The position numbers and the translations under genes were made by a program. DNA of 64,000 bases, from assembly GCA_019058245.1 (NCBI GenBank), contig JAHPZJ010000013.1, positions 41,166-105,165 on the forward strand, read 5' to 3'. Of the stretch, positions 10,252 through 20,375 are shown piece by piece. Under the pieces are notes generated by a model. The model saw nothing but the letters and a program-made list of their open reading frames with translations. It ran no database searches and was not told the origin of the DNA. Source of the stretch: Promethearchaeota archaeon (GTDB lineage: Archaea; Asgardarchaeota; Lokiarchaeia; Sigyniarchaeales; SOKP01). Every line of letters begins with the position of its first letter. Position 1 is the first letter of the stretch.

Positions 10252-11532
10252 GTGAATATTATTACTGAAACTTCAAAAGTAGATGATTCGAAAGAACTTA
10301 AAGATAATATCGAACCTTTTTTAGAAAAAATTTATGAACCTGATATAAGAAAATTATTATTAAGATGTTATCAGTGTGTTCGTTGTAGTGGTGTTTGTCA
10401 GCTTAGTAAGGTTCAGACATTTGAACCAAGTAGAATAATTCAAATGATATTAGAGGGTTTTGAAAATAAGATCATTGAAAGTGGTGTTTTGTGGGATTGT
10501 TTAACATGTAACGCTTGTCTACAGAACTGTCCTGAGGGAATAAATTTTGCAGACATAGTGAGAATGGCAAAATACAAAATGCGAGAATCTTATAATCAAA
10601 ATCCAGAGGATATTATTGCTCATAAGGGTGTATATACTACAATATCAGAAATAATGAGTGAATCTCATATAAATCCAGATAGATCTATGGAATGGGTTCC
10701 TAAGGACTGTGAGATTTCAAGACAAGGAAATATTATGTATTATGTAGGATGCTTACCATATTTTAATTTTGAGTTTGAAAATTCAGATTCTATAGCGCAA
10801 AGCACATTAAAAATATTATATCAGATTGAAAAAGAACCAATAGTAGTTCTTCAAGATGAAATATGCTGTGGACATGATCTATATTGGGGTCAAGGTAAAC
10901 TTAAAGAATTTATTAATTTAGCAAGGAGAAATATAAAAAAAATCGAAGAAACTGGAGTTAAAACAATCATAACTGCCTGTGCTGAATGTTATAGAACATT
11001 AAAAGTTGATTATCCAAAGATTTTTGAAGATTTTGATAAAAAATTTGCTATAAAACATTTAATTGAGTATATTTATGAAAATTGGAAAGCTAATAAAATT
11101 GAATTTAAGAATCCCTCTCAAAAGGAAGAGCCTATCCCATTTACTTATCATGATCCATGTCGACTAAGTCGTTTTTTACCTAAAGATAGTAGTATAATAG
11201 ATAATGTCCGTGAAATTTTCTCTCATTTAAAAAATCTAGGATATAAGTTCAATGAAATGCTACATAATAAAACTGATGCTTTATGTTGTGGTGTGAGTTC
11301 TTGGATGAATTGTAATGATCGTTCAAAAGCTTTACGATACAAAAGGCTATTAGAAGCTAAAGATGCCGGAGATATTATGGTCACATCATGTCCCAAATGC
11401 AAAATGCATTTATCATGTTTACAAAAAGATTATGAGGATATATCCTCTATCGAAATTGTAGATTTTTCTGAATTTTTAGTCAATTTAATATCTATTGTTG
11501 ATTCTACTCAAGAAAAGGAGGTAGAGCAATAA
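10252..11532 (+). CDS. hdrD: HdrD-like Fe-S oxidoreductase (2x[4Fe-4S] plus two CCG domains)
   Basis: Paralog of 145..1422 with all Cys motifs kept; TAATG overlap with hdrA. Confidence 0.85.
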   Translation: MNIITETSKVDDSKELKDNIEPFLEKIYEPDIRKLLLRCYQCVRCSGVCQLSKVQTFEPSRIIQMILEGFENKIIESGVLWDCLTCNACLQNCPEGINFADIVRMAKYKMRESYNQNPEDIIAHKGVYTTISEIMSESHINPDRSMEWVPKDCEISRQGNIMYYVGCLPYFNFEFENSDSIAQSTLKILYQIEKEPIVVLQDEICCGHDLYWGQGKLKEFINLARRNIKKIEETGVKTIITACAECYRTLKVDYPKIFEDFDKKFAIKHLIEYIYENWKANKIEFKNPSQKEEPIPFTYHDPCRLSRFLPKDSSIIDNVREIFSHLKNLGYKFNEMLHNKTDALCCGVSSWMNCNDRSKALRYKRLLEAKDAGDIMVTSCPKCKMHLSCLQKDYEDISSIEIVDFSEFLVNLISIVDSTQEKEVEQ

Positions 11533-14500
11533 TGGAAGGAGCAGTGTTAGTAATTGGAGGAGGTATAGCAGGTATCCAAATTTCTCTAGATCTTACAGAA
11601 TTAGGATTTAAAGTGTATTTAGTAGAAAAATCACCTTCCATCGGAGGGAGAATGGCTCAATTAGATAAAACTTTTCCAACATTAGATTGTTCATTATGTA
11701 TCTTAGCCCCAAAAATGGTTGAAGTATTTCGGAATCCAAATGTTGAATTGATGACGTATCATGAGGTATTAAACATTGATGGTGAACCAGGTGATTTTAC
11801 AGCAAAAATTTTAAAGAAACCAAGATATATTGATGAATCTAAATGTAAAGGATGTGGAGAATGTGCCAATAAATGTCCTAAAATCTTAGCTCCAAATCTT
11901 TTTGAAATGAATATTGGGAAAAGAAAGTCAGTATATATTCCTTTTCCTCAAGCGGTACCCCCTATCTACTTAATTGATTCCGAAATGTGTTTGTATTTAA
12001 AAAAGGGGGTATGTCAAGTGTGTAAAAAAGTATGTCCTGCTGATGCAATAGATTTTGAACAAAAAGCTGAAGAATTCGAAATTAAAGTTGGAGCAGTTGT
12101 AGTTGCTACCGGTTTTGAAATGCCTGCTGATAAGTTATCTTCAAGATGGGGTTATAGATTCGAAAATGTTGTAAGTGCTCTTGAATATGAAAGGATATTA
12201 TGTGCATCTGGACCATTTGGAGGTCATGTTACTCGATTAAGTGATGAAAAGGAACCTGAAGTAATTGCATTTATTCAATGTGCGGGTTCTAGAGATCTTC
12301 ATGAAAATGTACCTTTTTGTTCCAGCGTTTGTTGCACTTATACAGCAAAACAAGCAATAATAACACAAGAACATTCAGAGAATTCAGAATGTTATGTTTT
12401 TCGACATGATATTCGAGCTTATGGTAAAAATTTCTATGAATTCACACAAAGAGCTCAGAATGAATATGGAGTAAAATACTTTCAATCAAAAATAAGTAAA
12501 ATTGAAGAAGATTCAGAGACAAAAGATCTAATTATACATTATGAAGATTTAAAGTCTGGAGAATTTAAAGATTTCCGAGCAAATTTAGTTGTTTTAGCAT
12601 CGCCCTTAGTTCCATCTAAAGGTGTTCAAGAATTATCGAATTCTCTAGGTATTGAACTAGATAAGTATAATTTCTTTCAAGAAAAATCATATTTTGACAA
12701 ATTAAAATCCTCTAGGAATGGAGTTTATTTATGTGGATTTTGTCAAGGACCAATGGACATTCCAGAAACAGTTGCTGATGCTAGTGGAGTAGCAGCTCAA
12801 ATTGCTGATTTATTAAGTTCTGTTAAATATACACAAATGAAAGAAAAAACAGTAGATGTGCCTGAAAAAGAAGTAAAAATCACAGATGAACCAAGAATTG
12901 GAGTAATGGTCTGTCATTGCGGAATCAATATTGCAAATTATGTAGATGTGCCAAAAGTTGTAGAATATATCAAGGAATTACCAAATGTTGTGGTATGCGA
13001 ATCCAATTTATATTCATGTTCTTCTGACTCTCAAATTAGGATTAAAGAATTAATTGCTGAACACAATTTAAATCGTTTTATCGTAGCCTCATGCACGCCT
13101 AGAACTCATGAATCTTTATTTCAAGAAACATGTCAGGAAGCAGGATTAAATAAATATCTGTTTGAGCTTGTTAATATTAGAGATCAGTGCTCATGGGTTC
13201 ATATGACAGAAAAAGACGCAGCAACAGAAAAAGCTATTGATTTAATTAGAATGCATGTAGCTAAATCAAAATTATTAAAACCCCAGAGAGAAGATAAAAT
13301 AGATATTACCCATACAGCATTAGTCATTGGTGGTGGTGTTTCCGGTATGACTGCAGCACTTAATATCGCAAATCAAGGATTTAAAACTTTTCTTGTAGAA
13401 AAAGAAGATGAATTAGGTGGAAACCTAAAATTCCTAAACGTTTTATATCCCGTTCATAAAAATGCTTTAGAACTTTTAAATGAATTAAAAGAGAAAATAA
13501 ATAAGAACAACAACATTCAAGTTTATCTAAATGCTGGATTAAGCAATATTAAGGGATATGTTGGCAATTATGACGTAGTTATAACTGATTCAAATAATGA
13601 AATCCATGATGTAAAAATTGGAACAATAATAGTTGCTACTGGAGGTAAGGAACTTAAACCAACAGGATTGTTTGGATACAATGATAAGAGTAAGAATGTT
13701 ATGACTCAATTAGAGTTAGAGCAAAAATTAAAAAATAAAGATACAAAATGGTTAGAGGGAATAAACCGAGTAACCATAATTCTATGTGTAAACGCAAGAC
13801 AAAAGGAAGGTATTACTTACTGTTCTAACATATGTTGTGCAACGGCTTTAAAAAATGTTAGAATCTTAAAAGAATTGAAACCCGAATTAGAAATTGTTGT
13901 AATATATAGAGATTTACAAATGGCTAAGAAAGAATTCGAAGAATATTATCGTGAAAGAAGAAAAGATGCTATATTTTTAAGATACGATTTAGAAAATTTG
14001 CCAGAAGTAAAGTTGAAAAAAGGTACTTCTGAAAAATATCAGATAAAAGTATATGATACTAATTTAAAAGATAATATCGAATTTGAATCAGATTTAGTAA
14101 TACTTTCAACACCTATGGTTCCAGCAGAAAATTTAAAAGAATTAGCTATGATGTTGAAAGTTCCATTAGATAAGAATGGGTTCTTCTTGGAAGCACATGT
14201 TAAATTGCGACCATTGGATTTTGCTACTGACGGAATTTTCCTATGTGGATGTGCTCAATGGCCAAAAAATATTCAAGATTCAATTTCTCAAGCTAATGGT
14301 GCTGCTGGGAGAGCAAGTAGATTTCTCAGTGCAGATAAAATAACTACCTCTGGATTAGTTGCAGAAGTTTCAGAAGAAAAATGCATTGGATGTGGAGAAT
14401 GCGAGGATGTTTGTCCTTATAAAGCAATAACCCTCATAGAAATTGAAAAAGAATTTGAGGATATTACCATTAAAGTCAAAAAATCTAATATCAATGCTGC

Positions 14501-14639
14501 TGTATGTAAAGGATGTGGAACATGTGCTGCAACATGTAAGGTTGGTGCTATAATGGTTAAACATTATGATTTTGATCAAATTTCCACAATGATTGATTCA
14601 TATTTATTAGAAAAGGAGGAAATTAAAAACGGTCTATAG
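11532..14639 (+). CDS. hdrA: HdrA family, long form with two FAD domains
   Basis: VIGGGIAG, QLDKTFPTLDCSLC, CAGSR..CSSVCC, CHCG..NIRDQCSWVH, second FAD domain, C-terminal ferredoxin. Confidence 0.95.
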   Translation: MEGAVLVIGGGIAGIQISLDLTELGFKVYLVEKSPSIGGRMAQLDKTFPTLDCSLCILAPKMVEVFRNPNVELMTYHEVLNIDGEPGDFTAKILKKPRYIDESKCKGCGECANKCPKILAPNLFEMNIGKRKSVYIPFPQAVPPIYLIDSEMCLYLKKGVCQVCKKVCPADAIDFEQKAEEFEIKVGAVVVATGFEMPADKLSSRWGYRFENVVSALEYERILCASGPFGGHVTRLSDEKEPEVIAFIQCAGSRDLHENVPFCSSVCCTYTAKQAIITQEHSENSECYVFRHDIRAYGKNFYEFTQRAQNEYGVKYFQSKISKIEEDSETKDLIIHYEDLKSGEFKDFRANLVVLASPLVPSKGVQELSNSLGIELDKYNFFQEKSYFDKLKSSRNGVYLCGFCQGPMDIPETVADASGVAAQIADLLSSVKYTQMKEKTVDVPEKEVKITDEPRIGVMVCHCGINIANYVDVPKVVEYIKELPNVVVCESNLYSCSSDSQIRIKELIAEHNLNRFIVASCTPRTHESLFQETCQEAGLNKYLFELVNIRDQCSWVHMTEKDAATEKAIDLIRMHVAKSKLLKPQREDKIDITHTALVIGGGVSGMTAALNIANQGFKTFLVEKEDELGGNLKFLNVLYPVHKNALELLNELKEKINKNNNIQVYLNAGLSNIKGYVGNYDVVITDSNNEIHDVKIGTIIVATGGKELKPTGLFGYNDKSKNVMTQLELEQKLKNKDTKWLEGINRVTIILCVNARQKEGITYCSNICCATALKNVRILKELKPELEIVVIYRDLQMAKKEFEEYYRERRKDAIFLRYDLENLPEVKLKKGTSEKYQIKVYDTNLKDNIEFESDLVILSTPMVPAENLKELAMMLKVPLDKNGFFLEAHVKLRPLDFATDGIFLCGCAQWPKNIQDSISQANGAAGRASRFLSADKITTSGLVAEVSEEKCIGCGECEDVCPYKAITLIEIEKEFEDITIKVKKSNINAAVCKGCGTCAATCKVGAIMVKHYDFDQISTMIDSYLLEKEEIKNGL

Positions 14640-14648
14640 GTGATATTC

Positions 14649-15083
14649 ATGTCAAAATCTAAAAATCAAACAAAAAGCAAAGGATTTGAGCCAAATATTT
14701 TGGTTTTTTGCTGCAATTGGTGTAGTTATGCCGGAGCTGATTTAGCAGGTGTTTCAAGATTTCAATATCCTCCAAATATAAGAATTATACGAGTAATGTG
14801 CTCTGGAAGAGTTGATCCCTCCTTCGTCTTAAAAGCATTAAAAAATGGTGCTGATGGTGTTCTTATAAGTGGATGTCATATAGGTGATTGCCATTATATT
14901 ACTGGGAATGAATATACTCGAGAGAGATTTGAACGTTTACATAATATTTTAATCAAACAACTGGGAATAGATCCAAAACGAGTACGATTAGAATGGGTAA
15001 GCGCCTCTGAAGGAAAGAGATTTGCTGAGGTAATTACAGAATTTACAAATCAAATAAAAGAATTGGGTCCCTTCAAAAGATAA
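14649..15083 (+). CDS. mvhD: MvhD/FlpD [2Fe-2S] subunit
   Basis: [28 protein letters not shown]. Start moved to ATG 14649 because GGTGA (14639-14643) lies just upstream and the paralog also begins MSKSK. Confidence 0.95.
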   Translation: MSKSKNQTKSKGFEPNILVFCCNWCSYAGADLAGVSRFQYPPNIRIIRVMCSGRVDPSFVLKALKNGADGVLISGCHIGDCHYITGNEYTRERFERLHNILIKQLGIDPKRVRLEWVSASEGKRFAEVITEFTNQIKELGPFKR

Positions 15084-15233
15084 AATCTTTAAATTATCAT
15101 TTAAAAACCTGCTTTTTATCCTGAATTCTTAATGTTTCTTAAAAAATTCATTTAACTAAAATTGATATAATTAATCAAAATCAGTAATTTTCGCATTAAA
15201 ATTTATAAATAATAAATAGACTAGGATAATATT

Positions 15234-15575
15234 ATGGTTATGCAAGAAATTGAAGAAGAACCAGAAAAAAGAATCAAAAAATGGTTAGAACAACTTCAAA
15301 CATTTCGAAATCCAACTCCTATACTTGAAAAAAAAGTACCAGAAGAATCCAAAATTGAAGCTCAAATAAGAGAAGCCGCCTATTATTTATCATTAAAAAA
15401 AACCTCTTATAAGGATTTGTGTTGGGCTTTAGCAGAAAGAATTCAAATAAAGAATTTTCGTAGTCCAAAAGTAGAAGATATTAGAAAAACAGCAGAAGAA
15501 ATCTCCAACTCATCAAAAACTTATGATGAATTGTGTTGGTTAATTGCTGAATTCGACATTTCAAACAAAAAATGA
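15234..15575 (+). CDS. Small hypothetical protein with two internal repeats (DUF2934-like)
   Basis: IREAAYYLS..SYKDLCWALAE and IRKTAEEIS..TYDELCWLIAE; paralog at 45230..45517. Confidence 0.7.
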   Translation: MVMQEIEEEPEKRIKKWLEQLQTFRNPTPILEKKVPEESKIEAQIREAAYYLSLKKTSYKDLCWALAERIQIKNFRSPKVEDIRKTAEEISNSSKTYDELCWLIAEFDISNKK

Positions 15576-15623
15576 TAGCTTAAGATAATTTTTTGATTAA
15601 TAGTGTTAGGAATTTTATCCAAT

Positions 15624-15881
15624 TCAGATTAAGCTTTCAAAAATACTTACCCGTTTATCATAATTATCTTTTGATTTTCTAATAAAATTCATTTCAAGGA
15701 GTTTTTTTAAAGCGTAAGCGATCGTTCGTTTTGGTAATAGAGTTTTTTTAATAATATCTTTTTCTTTTAAAGGACCTCTTTGTTTTAATATATATAAAAC
15801 AAATTTACTTGAAGGAGATAGAGTGATAAGGTTCATCTTCTCTTTATAGTCATTGACAGAATAAAAATTTTCAATAATCAT
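15624..15881 (-). CDS. Small MarR-like winged-helix DNA-binding protein
   Basis: LSPSSKFVLYILKQRGPL..DIIKKTLLPKRTIAYALKKLLEMNFI..DKRVSIF wHTH pattern. Confidence 0.75.
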   Translation of the reverse strand: MIIENFYSVNDYKEKMNLITLSPSSKFVLYILKQRGPLKEKDIIKKTLLPKRTIAYALKKLLEMNFIRKSKDNYDKRVSIFESLI

Positions 15882-16086
15882 ATATTTCTTCCTTTTAAAA
15901 AAATTAAAAAGTTTGTTGATATCTTCAATTTATATTAAACTCTTTTCTTATATAAGATTAATGGAATTCTATTTATTTAATCAATTGAACTAATGTTGGT
16001 TTCATTTTAAAACAAGATCAACATTTTTAGTTTCAAATTCTAACTATTTTAAAACAAATAATATATCTCTGCTAAAAAGAATAACA

Positions 16087-16650
16087 TTAAAAATTCCCAC
16101 AACCATCACATTTACCATCTAAAAATGCTTCACAATCCCTGCAGACATTTTTACATTTAATTTCTTGACTTTTACTACTGAATAGATTTATGGGAAGATA
16201 TTCTGGACACTTTAAACTTGATACAAATAGAATTTCAGAATGTAATAATCCTTTCTTATTAGTTGGTCCACAATAATTAATATATCTATGTAAAACTTCA
16301 ATACTTTGTCCAATTATTCCTATGATTAAGTTAAATCTTCCAGTAATTTGAGCTAACATAAAAACTCTAGGGCATTCTGAATATGCATCGATTATTTTTT
16401 TAACTTCATCAAAATTTTTCATTTCAAGAAGTATAAAGCAAGTTTTATAGTTTAGGGCACTGAGATTGATGTTACCTTGAACTCTAAGTATTTTTGAATC
16501 CTCTAATTTTTTAATTCTTTTTCTCACTCCAGTATGACTCATGATATCTTGATCTGATTTGAACACTTTTTCCCCTATAGAGATTAAACTTTCACGTCCT
16601 TTTTTATATAAAGCATTAATAACTTGTTTATCTATATTATCTAATTCCAT
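16087..16650 (-). CDS. Lrp/AsnC family regulator with Cys-rich C-terminal tail
   Basis: MELDNIDKQVINAL..SHTGVRKRIKKLE HTH, ITGRFNL RAM-domain motif, tail CKNVCRDCEAFLDGKCDGC. Start moved to ATG 16650. Confidence 0.85.
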   Translation of the reverse strand: MELDNIDKQVINALYKKGRESLISIGEKVFKSDQDIMSHTGVRKRIKKLEDSKILRVQGNINLSALNYKTCFILLEMKNFDEVKKIIDAYSECPRVFMLAQITGRFNLIIGIIGQSIEVLHRYINYCGPTNKKGLLHSEILFVSSLKCPEYLPINLFSSKSQEIKCKNVCRDCEAFLDGKCDGCGNF

Positions 16651-16727
16651 AATTAATATGCAAGAATACTTAACATAAAAAGATACAATTATAGAATTAT
16701 AAGCAATGATATACAATTCTAAATGTT

Positions 16728-17669
16728 TTAGTAGTGAACAGGTTCGGGATGCACTTTATTTACAAATTTAGAGTCAAATATCTCTCCAACTTTAAGTTTT
16801 CGGGAAATATACTTTAAGTTATAAAGCGTTTTTACAAATCTCATTGTTGATTTAACATAACCTTCTGATAGAGCTATACAGTATTTAGGGGATATCCTTA
16901 AAACAGATTCAGCGTATTTTTTATTAATGATTCCAAATGTTTTAACTATTTTTTCAGCTGCTAATGATGGATCATTTCTAAGTAAATATGAAGCACTTTT
17001 ATGATGATACAAAAATTTTAATAAAATTGTAGAATCATTTTTAAAAATATAATCACGAATAAATAATCCATAGCTAGGATTATTTGACCATAATTCTTTT
17101 GCTTTAATAATTAATTGAGATTTTAATATTGTTGACACAAAAATTGCTAGGGCTGGAGTTCCAACTCCTGCTTCTAAAATACCATCTCTCATATCTTTTG
17201 CTATAAATTCTGCCTGTTCATAATTCTTAACTTTAATATCATCTAATAAATTGAATTTTTCTAAATAATACATTAATATAACATCATGAATAGATCCCTT
17301 ACTCGGAACCCCTATTGTTTTTCCTTTAAACTGGGAAATCGTTTTTTTTAAATTATCATCCAATTGCTCTTTTGTTTTGTATTCCTTCTTTGCAACCATA
17401 ATCGTTCCTTCAACATGACCTCCCGCTATACATTTGATATTAACACCTCGATCTATACCGATAATTGCAGGTGGTAATCCCATATAACCTATATCAAGTT
17501 TTTCTTCTCTAAATGCTTTAACCATAGCGGGACCAGTCCCGAACAGAATCCAGTTTACATGAATTTTTAAATCTTTTGTTAATTCTTCAGAATCCATTAA
17601 TACGTAATTTGTATGATAAAGAGTTGAAAGATGTCCAATATTTAATTTTGTTTTATTGATATTAATCAC
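16728..17669 (-). CDS. SsuA/NMT1(THI5)-like substrate-binding-fold protein with no signal peptide
   Basis: FGTGPAMVKAF..LDIGYMGLPPAI, FKGKTIGVPSKGSIHDVIL; no hydrophobic N-terminus; no permease or ATPase gene adjacent. Confidence 0.75.
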   Translation of the reverse strand: MININKTKLNIGHLSTLYHTNYVLMDSEELTKDLKIHVNWILFGTGPAMVKAFREEKLDIGYMGLPPAIIGIDRGVNIKCIAGGHVEGTIMVAKKEYKTKEQLDDNLKKTISQFKGKTIGVPSKGSIHDVILMYYLEKFNLLDDIKVKNYEQAEFIAKDMRDGILEAGVGTPALAIFVSTILKSQLIIKAKELWSNNPSYGLFIRDYIFKNDSTILLKFLYHHKSASYLLRNDPSLAAEKIVKTFGIINKKYAESVLRISPKYCIALSEGYVKSTMRFVKTLYNLKYISRKLKVGEIFDSKFVNKVHPEPVHY

Positions 17670-17688
17670 TTAGCTAGGTCTATGATAT

Positions 17689-17703
17689 ATGCAATAATTG
17701 CTA
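17689..17703. promoter_or_regulatory. Candidate operator ATGCAA-N3-TTGCAT, copy 1
   Basis: ATGCAA-TAA-TTGCTA between the divergent ssuA-like and moaD genes. Confidence 0.45.
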
Positions 17704-17791
17704 TAATTTTTAAATTTTATAATCCAAATAGATAAATGCAATATTTTTTTAGAATTTAATAATATTCAATTGAATTTGGATTTTAATTTTA

Positions 17792-18091
17792 ATGGGTTAT
17801 AATGTGATAAATATAAAAACCTCATTCTTTTCTTTATTAGAGGATATTATCGGTAAACAAGAAATTTCATTAACATTTGAAAACGAGTTAACAATTAGAG
17901 ATATTCTAGTGAAATTAAATTCACTAATTGGAAGAAAATTTGAAGAAAATCTATTTAACACCAGAGGAGCGCTAAATAAATACATTATTATTGGAATTAA
18001 TGGAAAGGATATTCGTAAACTCGAAGGATTGGATACCATGATTAAAGATGGTGATGAAATCTCTTTTTTACCTGCTATTGCTGGAGGGTAG
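17792..18091 (+). CDS. MoaD/ThiS/SAMP-like ubiquitin-fold sulfur carrier
   Basis: C-terminus LDTMIKDGDEISFLPAIAGG-stop. Confidence 0.9.
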   Translation: MGYNVINIKTSFFSLLEDIIGKQEISLTFENELTIRDILVKLNSLIGRKFEENLFNTRGALNKYIIIGINGKDIRKLEGLDTMIKDGDEISFLPAIAGG

Positions 18092-18114
18092 TTATAATTG
18101 TTTTTTAAAAATAG

Positions 18115-18129
18115 ATGAAAAAATTGCAC
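18115..18129. promoter_or_regulatory. Candidate operator ATGCAA-N3-TTGCAT, copy 2
   Basis: ATGAAA-AAA-TTGCAC about 60 nt upstream of cysE. Confidence 0.35.
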
Positions 18130-18191
18130 TTAATTTTTTATTTTAGTTTATCATTTTCCCTCTAATAGAACTTATGAAGATATAATACAAA

Positions 18192-19031
18192 ATGGAAGAT
18201 TCTTTAAACTGTTTAAGTTGTGGTAAAACTCTAGGATACAAAGAGAGAAATCATTATAACTATTGTGCTGAGTGTATGTTAAATTTAGAGTTTCGATTAG
18301 AATTGTTGGATCGTGAAGAGATAGATCAAAATTTACAGAAAATTTTAAATTTTTTTATATCTGATGTAAGTGCAGCATTTAATAAGGATCCAGCGGCTCA
18401 ATCTTTATTAGAAGTTTTGACAAGTTATCCAGGAATTAAAGCAATTTTATTACATCGTATTGCTCATTTTTTCTGGAAATTAATGATGCCTTTTGTACCA
18501 AGGTATATATCTGAGATTGCTAGGGAGCTAACCGGTATTGAAATTCATCCTGGTGCTGAAATTGGAAGAGATTTTTTTATAGATCATGGAGGTGGAGTCG
18601 TTATTGGAGAGACAGCAAAAATAGGAGATAATGTAACCATTTATCAGGGAGTTGTTCTAGGAGGAACAATGATGAATCCGATTAAAAGACATCCAACACT
18701 AGGTAACAATATCGTTGTTGGTACTGGGGCGAAAATATTAGGACCAATAACAATTGGAAATAATGTGAAAATAGGCGCGAACTCTGTGGTCGTTAAGGAT
18801 ATTCCTCCAAATTCAGTAGTAGTGGGAGTTCCTGGAAGGATAATCTCTCGAGATGGGGGAAAAATAAAAAAAATTGACCTCTCTCATGGTGATTTACCCG
18901 ATCCATTAACAATAACTATTTCTTCTATAAATCAAAGAATCGAATTCCTTGAAAAAAGGTTTAAAATTGAACCCGAAAGGAAAGAAAGTAATTTTGAGAT
19001 TTATTTTGGTTTAGATGGAGGGGGTATTTAG
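18192..19031 (+). CDS. cysE: Serine O-acetyltransferase with N-terminal Cys4 finger
   Basis: DPAA..YPG, TGIEIHPGAEIG, FIDHGGGVVIGETA, KRHPTLG, VVGVPGR; N-terminal CLSC..CAEC. Confidence 0.92.
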   Translation: MEDSLNCLSCGKTLGYKERNHYNYCAECMLNLEFRLELLDREEIDQNLQKILNFFISDVSAAFNKDPAAQSLLEVLTSYPGIKAILLHRIAHFFWKLMMPFVPRYISEIARELTGIEIHPGAEIGRDFFIDHGGGVVIGETAKIGDNVTIYQGVVLGGTMMNPIKRHPTLGNNIVVGTGAKILGPITIGNNVKIGANSVVVKDIPPNSVVVGVPGRIISRDGGKIKKIDLSHGDLPDPLTITISSINQRIEFLEKRFKIEPERKESNFEIYFGLDGGGI

Positions 19032-19118
19032 ATAATTGAAAATCTATAAAGGAGGTTAAAAAATTTTGGAAAGGATATATAATAAAATTAATGATAGAGG
19101 GAGGTTCTTATTAAAAAA

Positions 19119-20336
19119 GTGTATTTAGACTATGCGGCTTCTACACCGATGGATCCAGAAGTAGTAAACGAGATGATGTTTCATTTAAAAGGTACATTTG
19201 GAAATGCTTCTAGCTTACATTCTTATGGACAAACCGCACATCAAATTCTAGAGCAGTCCAGGGAAAATGTAGCTTTATTTTTGAATGCAAAACCGAATGA
19301 AATCTATTTCACGTCTTCTGGAACAGAATCAGATAATTTAGCAATAAAAGGAGTTGTATTCAAACAAAAAAGAACAGGTGGCCATATAATAACTTCAAAA
19401 ATTGAACATCATGCAGTTTTTCATACATGTCAATATTTAGAAAAATTAGGATTCGATGTAACTTATTTAGATGTAGATAAATATGGGGTCGTTGATTTGA
19501 ATGAATTAGAAGATGCAATAACAGATGAAACAATGTTAATCTCAATTATGTTCGCTAACAATGAAATTGGGACAATAGAACCTATTAAGGAAATTGGAAA
19601 AATTGCAAAAAACCATGATATTATTTTTCACACAGACGCAGTTCAAGCATTTGGAAAATTACCTATTTTTGTTGGAGAGATGAACATTGACTTGCTTTCT
19701 GCCAGTGCTCATAAGGTATATGGACCTAAGGGAGTGGGATTGCTTTATATAAGAGAGAAAGGTGAAAAATTGGGAAGTAAAAAGTATGTTGAACCAATAC
19801 TCCATGGGGGGGGTCATGAACGGGGTTTAAGGTCAAGTACAGAAAATATCCCGGGAATTGCAGGATTTTCAAAAGCCGTGGAATTATGTAGACAAAATAT
19901 GTCTAAAGAAGCAAAAAAATTGACTGGATTTAGAGATCATATTATTAAGGAAATTACTGAAAACATTGAGGATGTTTATTTAAACGGACATCCAACTCAA
20001 AGACTCCCTAATAATGTTAATTTGGGTTTTAGATACATTGAAGGTGAATCGATAGTATTAAGTTTAAATGAAGAAGGAATCGCTGTCTCAACAGGATCAG
20101 CATGTTCTTCAAAATCTTTACAACCTTCACATGTTTTATTATCAATAGGCCAAAAACCTGAAGAAGCCCATGGTTCATTGAGAATCACAACAGGAAGATT
20201 TACTACTGAAGATGATATTGAATATTTCTTAGAAAAAATCCCCCCAGTAATTACTCGTCTTAGGGAAATGTCACCTCTAAAAAAAGGAAGAAACTATATG
20301 TTCAATAAGAAGAATCTGAAACCTCAATTTCATTAA
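19119..20336 (+). CDS. iscS: Cysteine desulfurase, IscS/NifS group I
   Basis: YLDYAASTP, SGTESDN, IEHHAV, HTDAVQ, SAHKVYGPKG, STGSACSS. Confidence 0.95.
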   Translation: MYLDYAASTPMDPEVVNEMMFHLKGTFGNASSLHSYGQTAHQILEQSRENVALFLNAKPNEIYFTSSGTESDNLAIKGVVFKQKRTGGHIITSKIEHHAVFHTCQYLEKLGFDVTYLDVDKYGVVDLNELEDAITDETMLISIMFANNEIGTIEPIKEIGKIAKNHDIIFHTDAVQAFGKLPIFVGEMNIDLLSASAHKVYGPKGVGLLYIREKGEKLGSKKYVEPILHGGGHERGLRSSTENIPGIAGFSKAVELCRQNMSKEAKKLTGFRDHIIKEITENIEDVYLNGHPTQRLPNNVNLGFRYIEGESIVLSLNEEGIAVSTGSACSSKSLQPSHVLLSIGQKPEEAHGSLRITTGRFTTEDDIEYFLEKIPPVITRLREMSPLKKGRNYMFNKKNLKPQFH

Positions 20337-20375
20337 ATCAAAAGTAATAAATTATTATTTGAAAAAGGTAATAAT

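Noticed and set aside
14637-14651. hdrA TAG directly followed in frame by mvhD (possible readthrough HdrA-MvhD fusion)
   Set aside because: The TAG-GTG-A junction is simply the GGTGA ribosome site for ATG 14649; in-frame spacing is a one-in-three chance, and the paralogous junction at 4463 has two TAA stops.
18086-18091. Genome-wide reassignment of TAG to pyrrolysine as the explanation for the TIR amber codon
   Set aside because: The MoaD-like protein ends GG-TAG and needs a free C-terminal Gly-Gly; several other complete genes also end in TAG.
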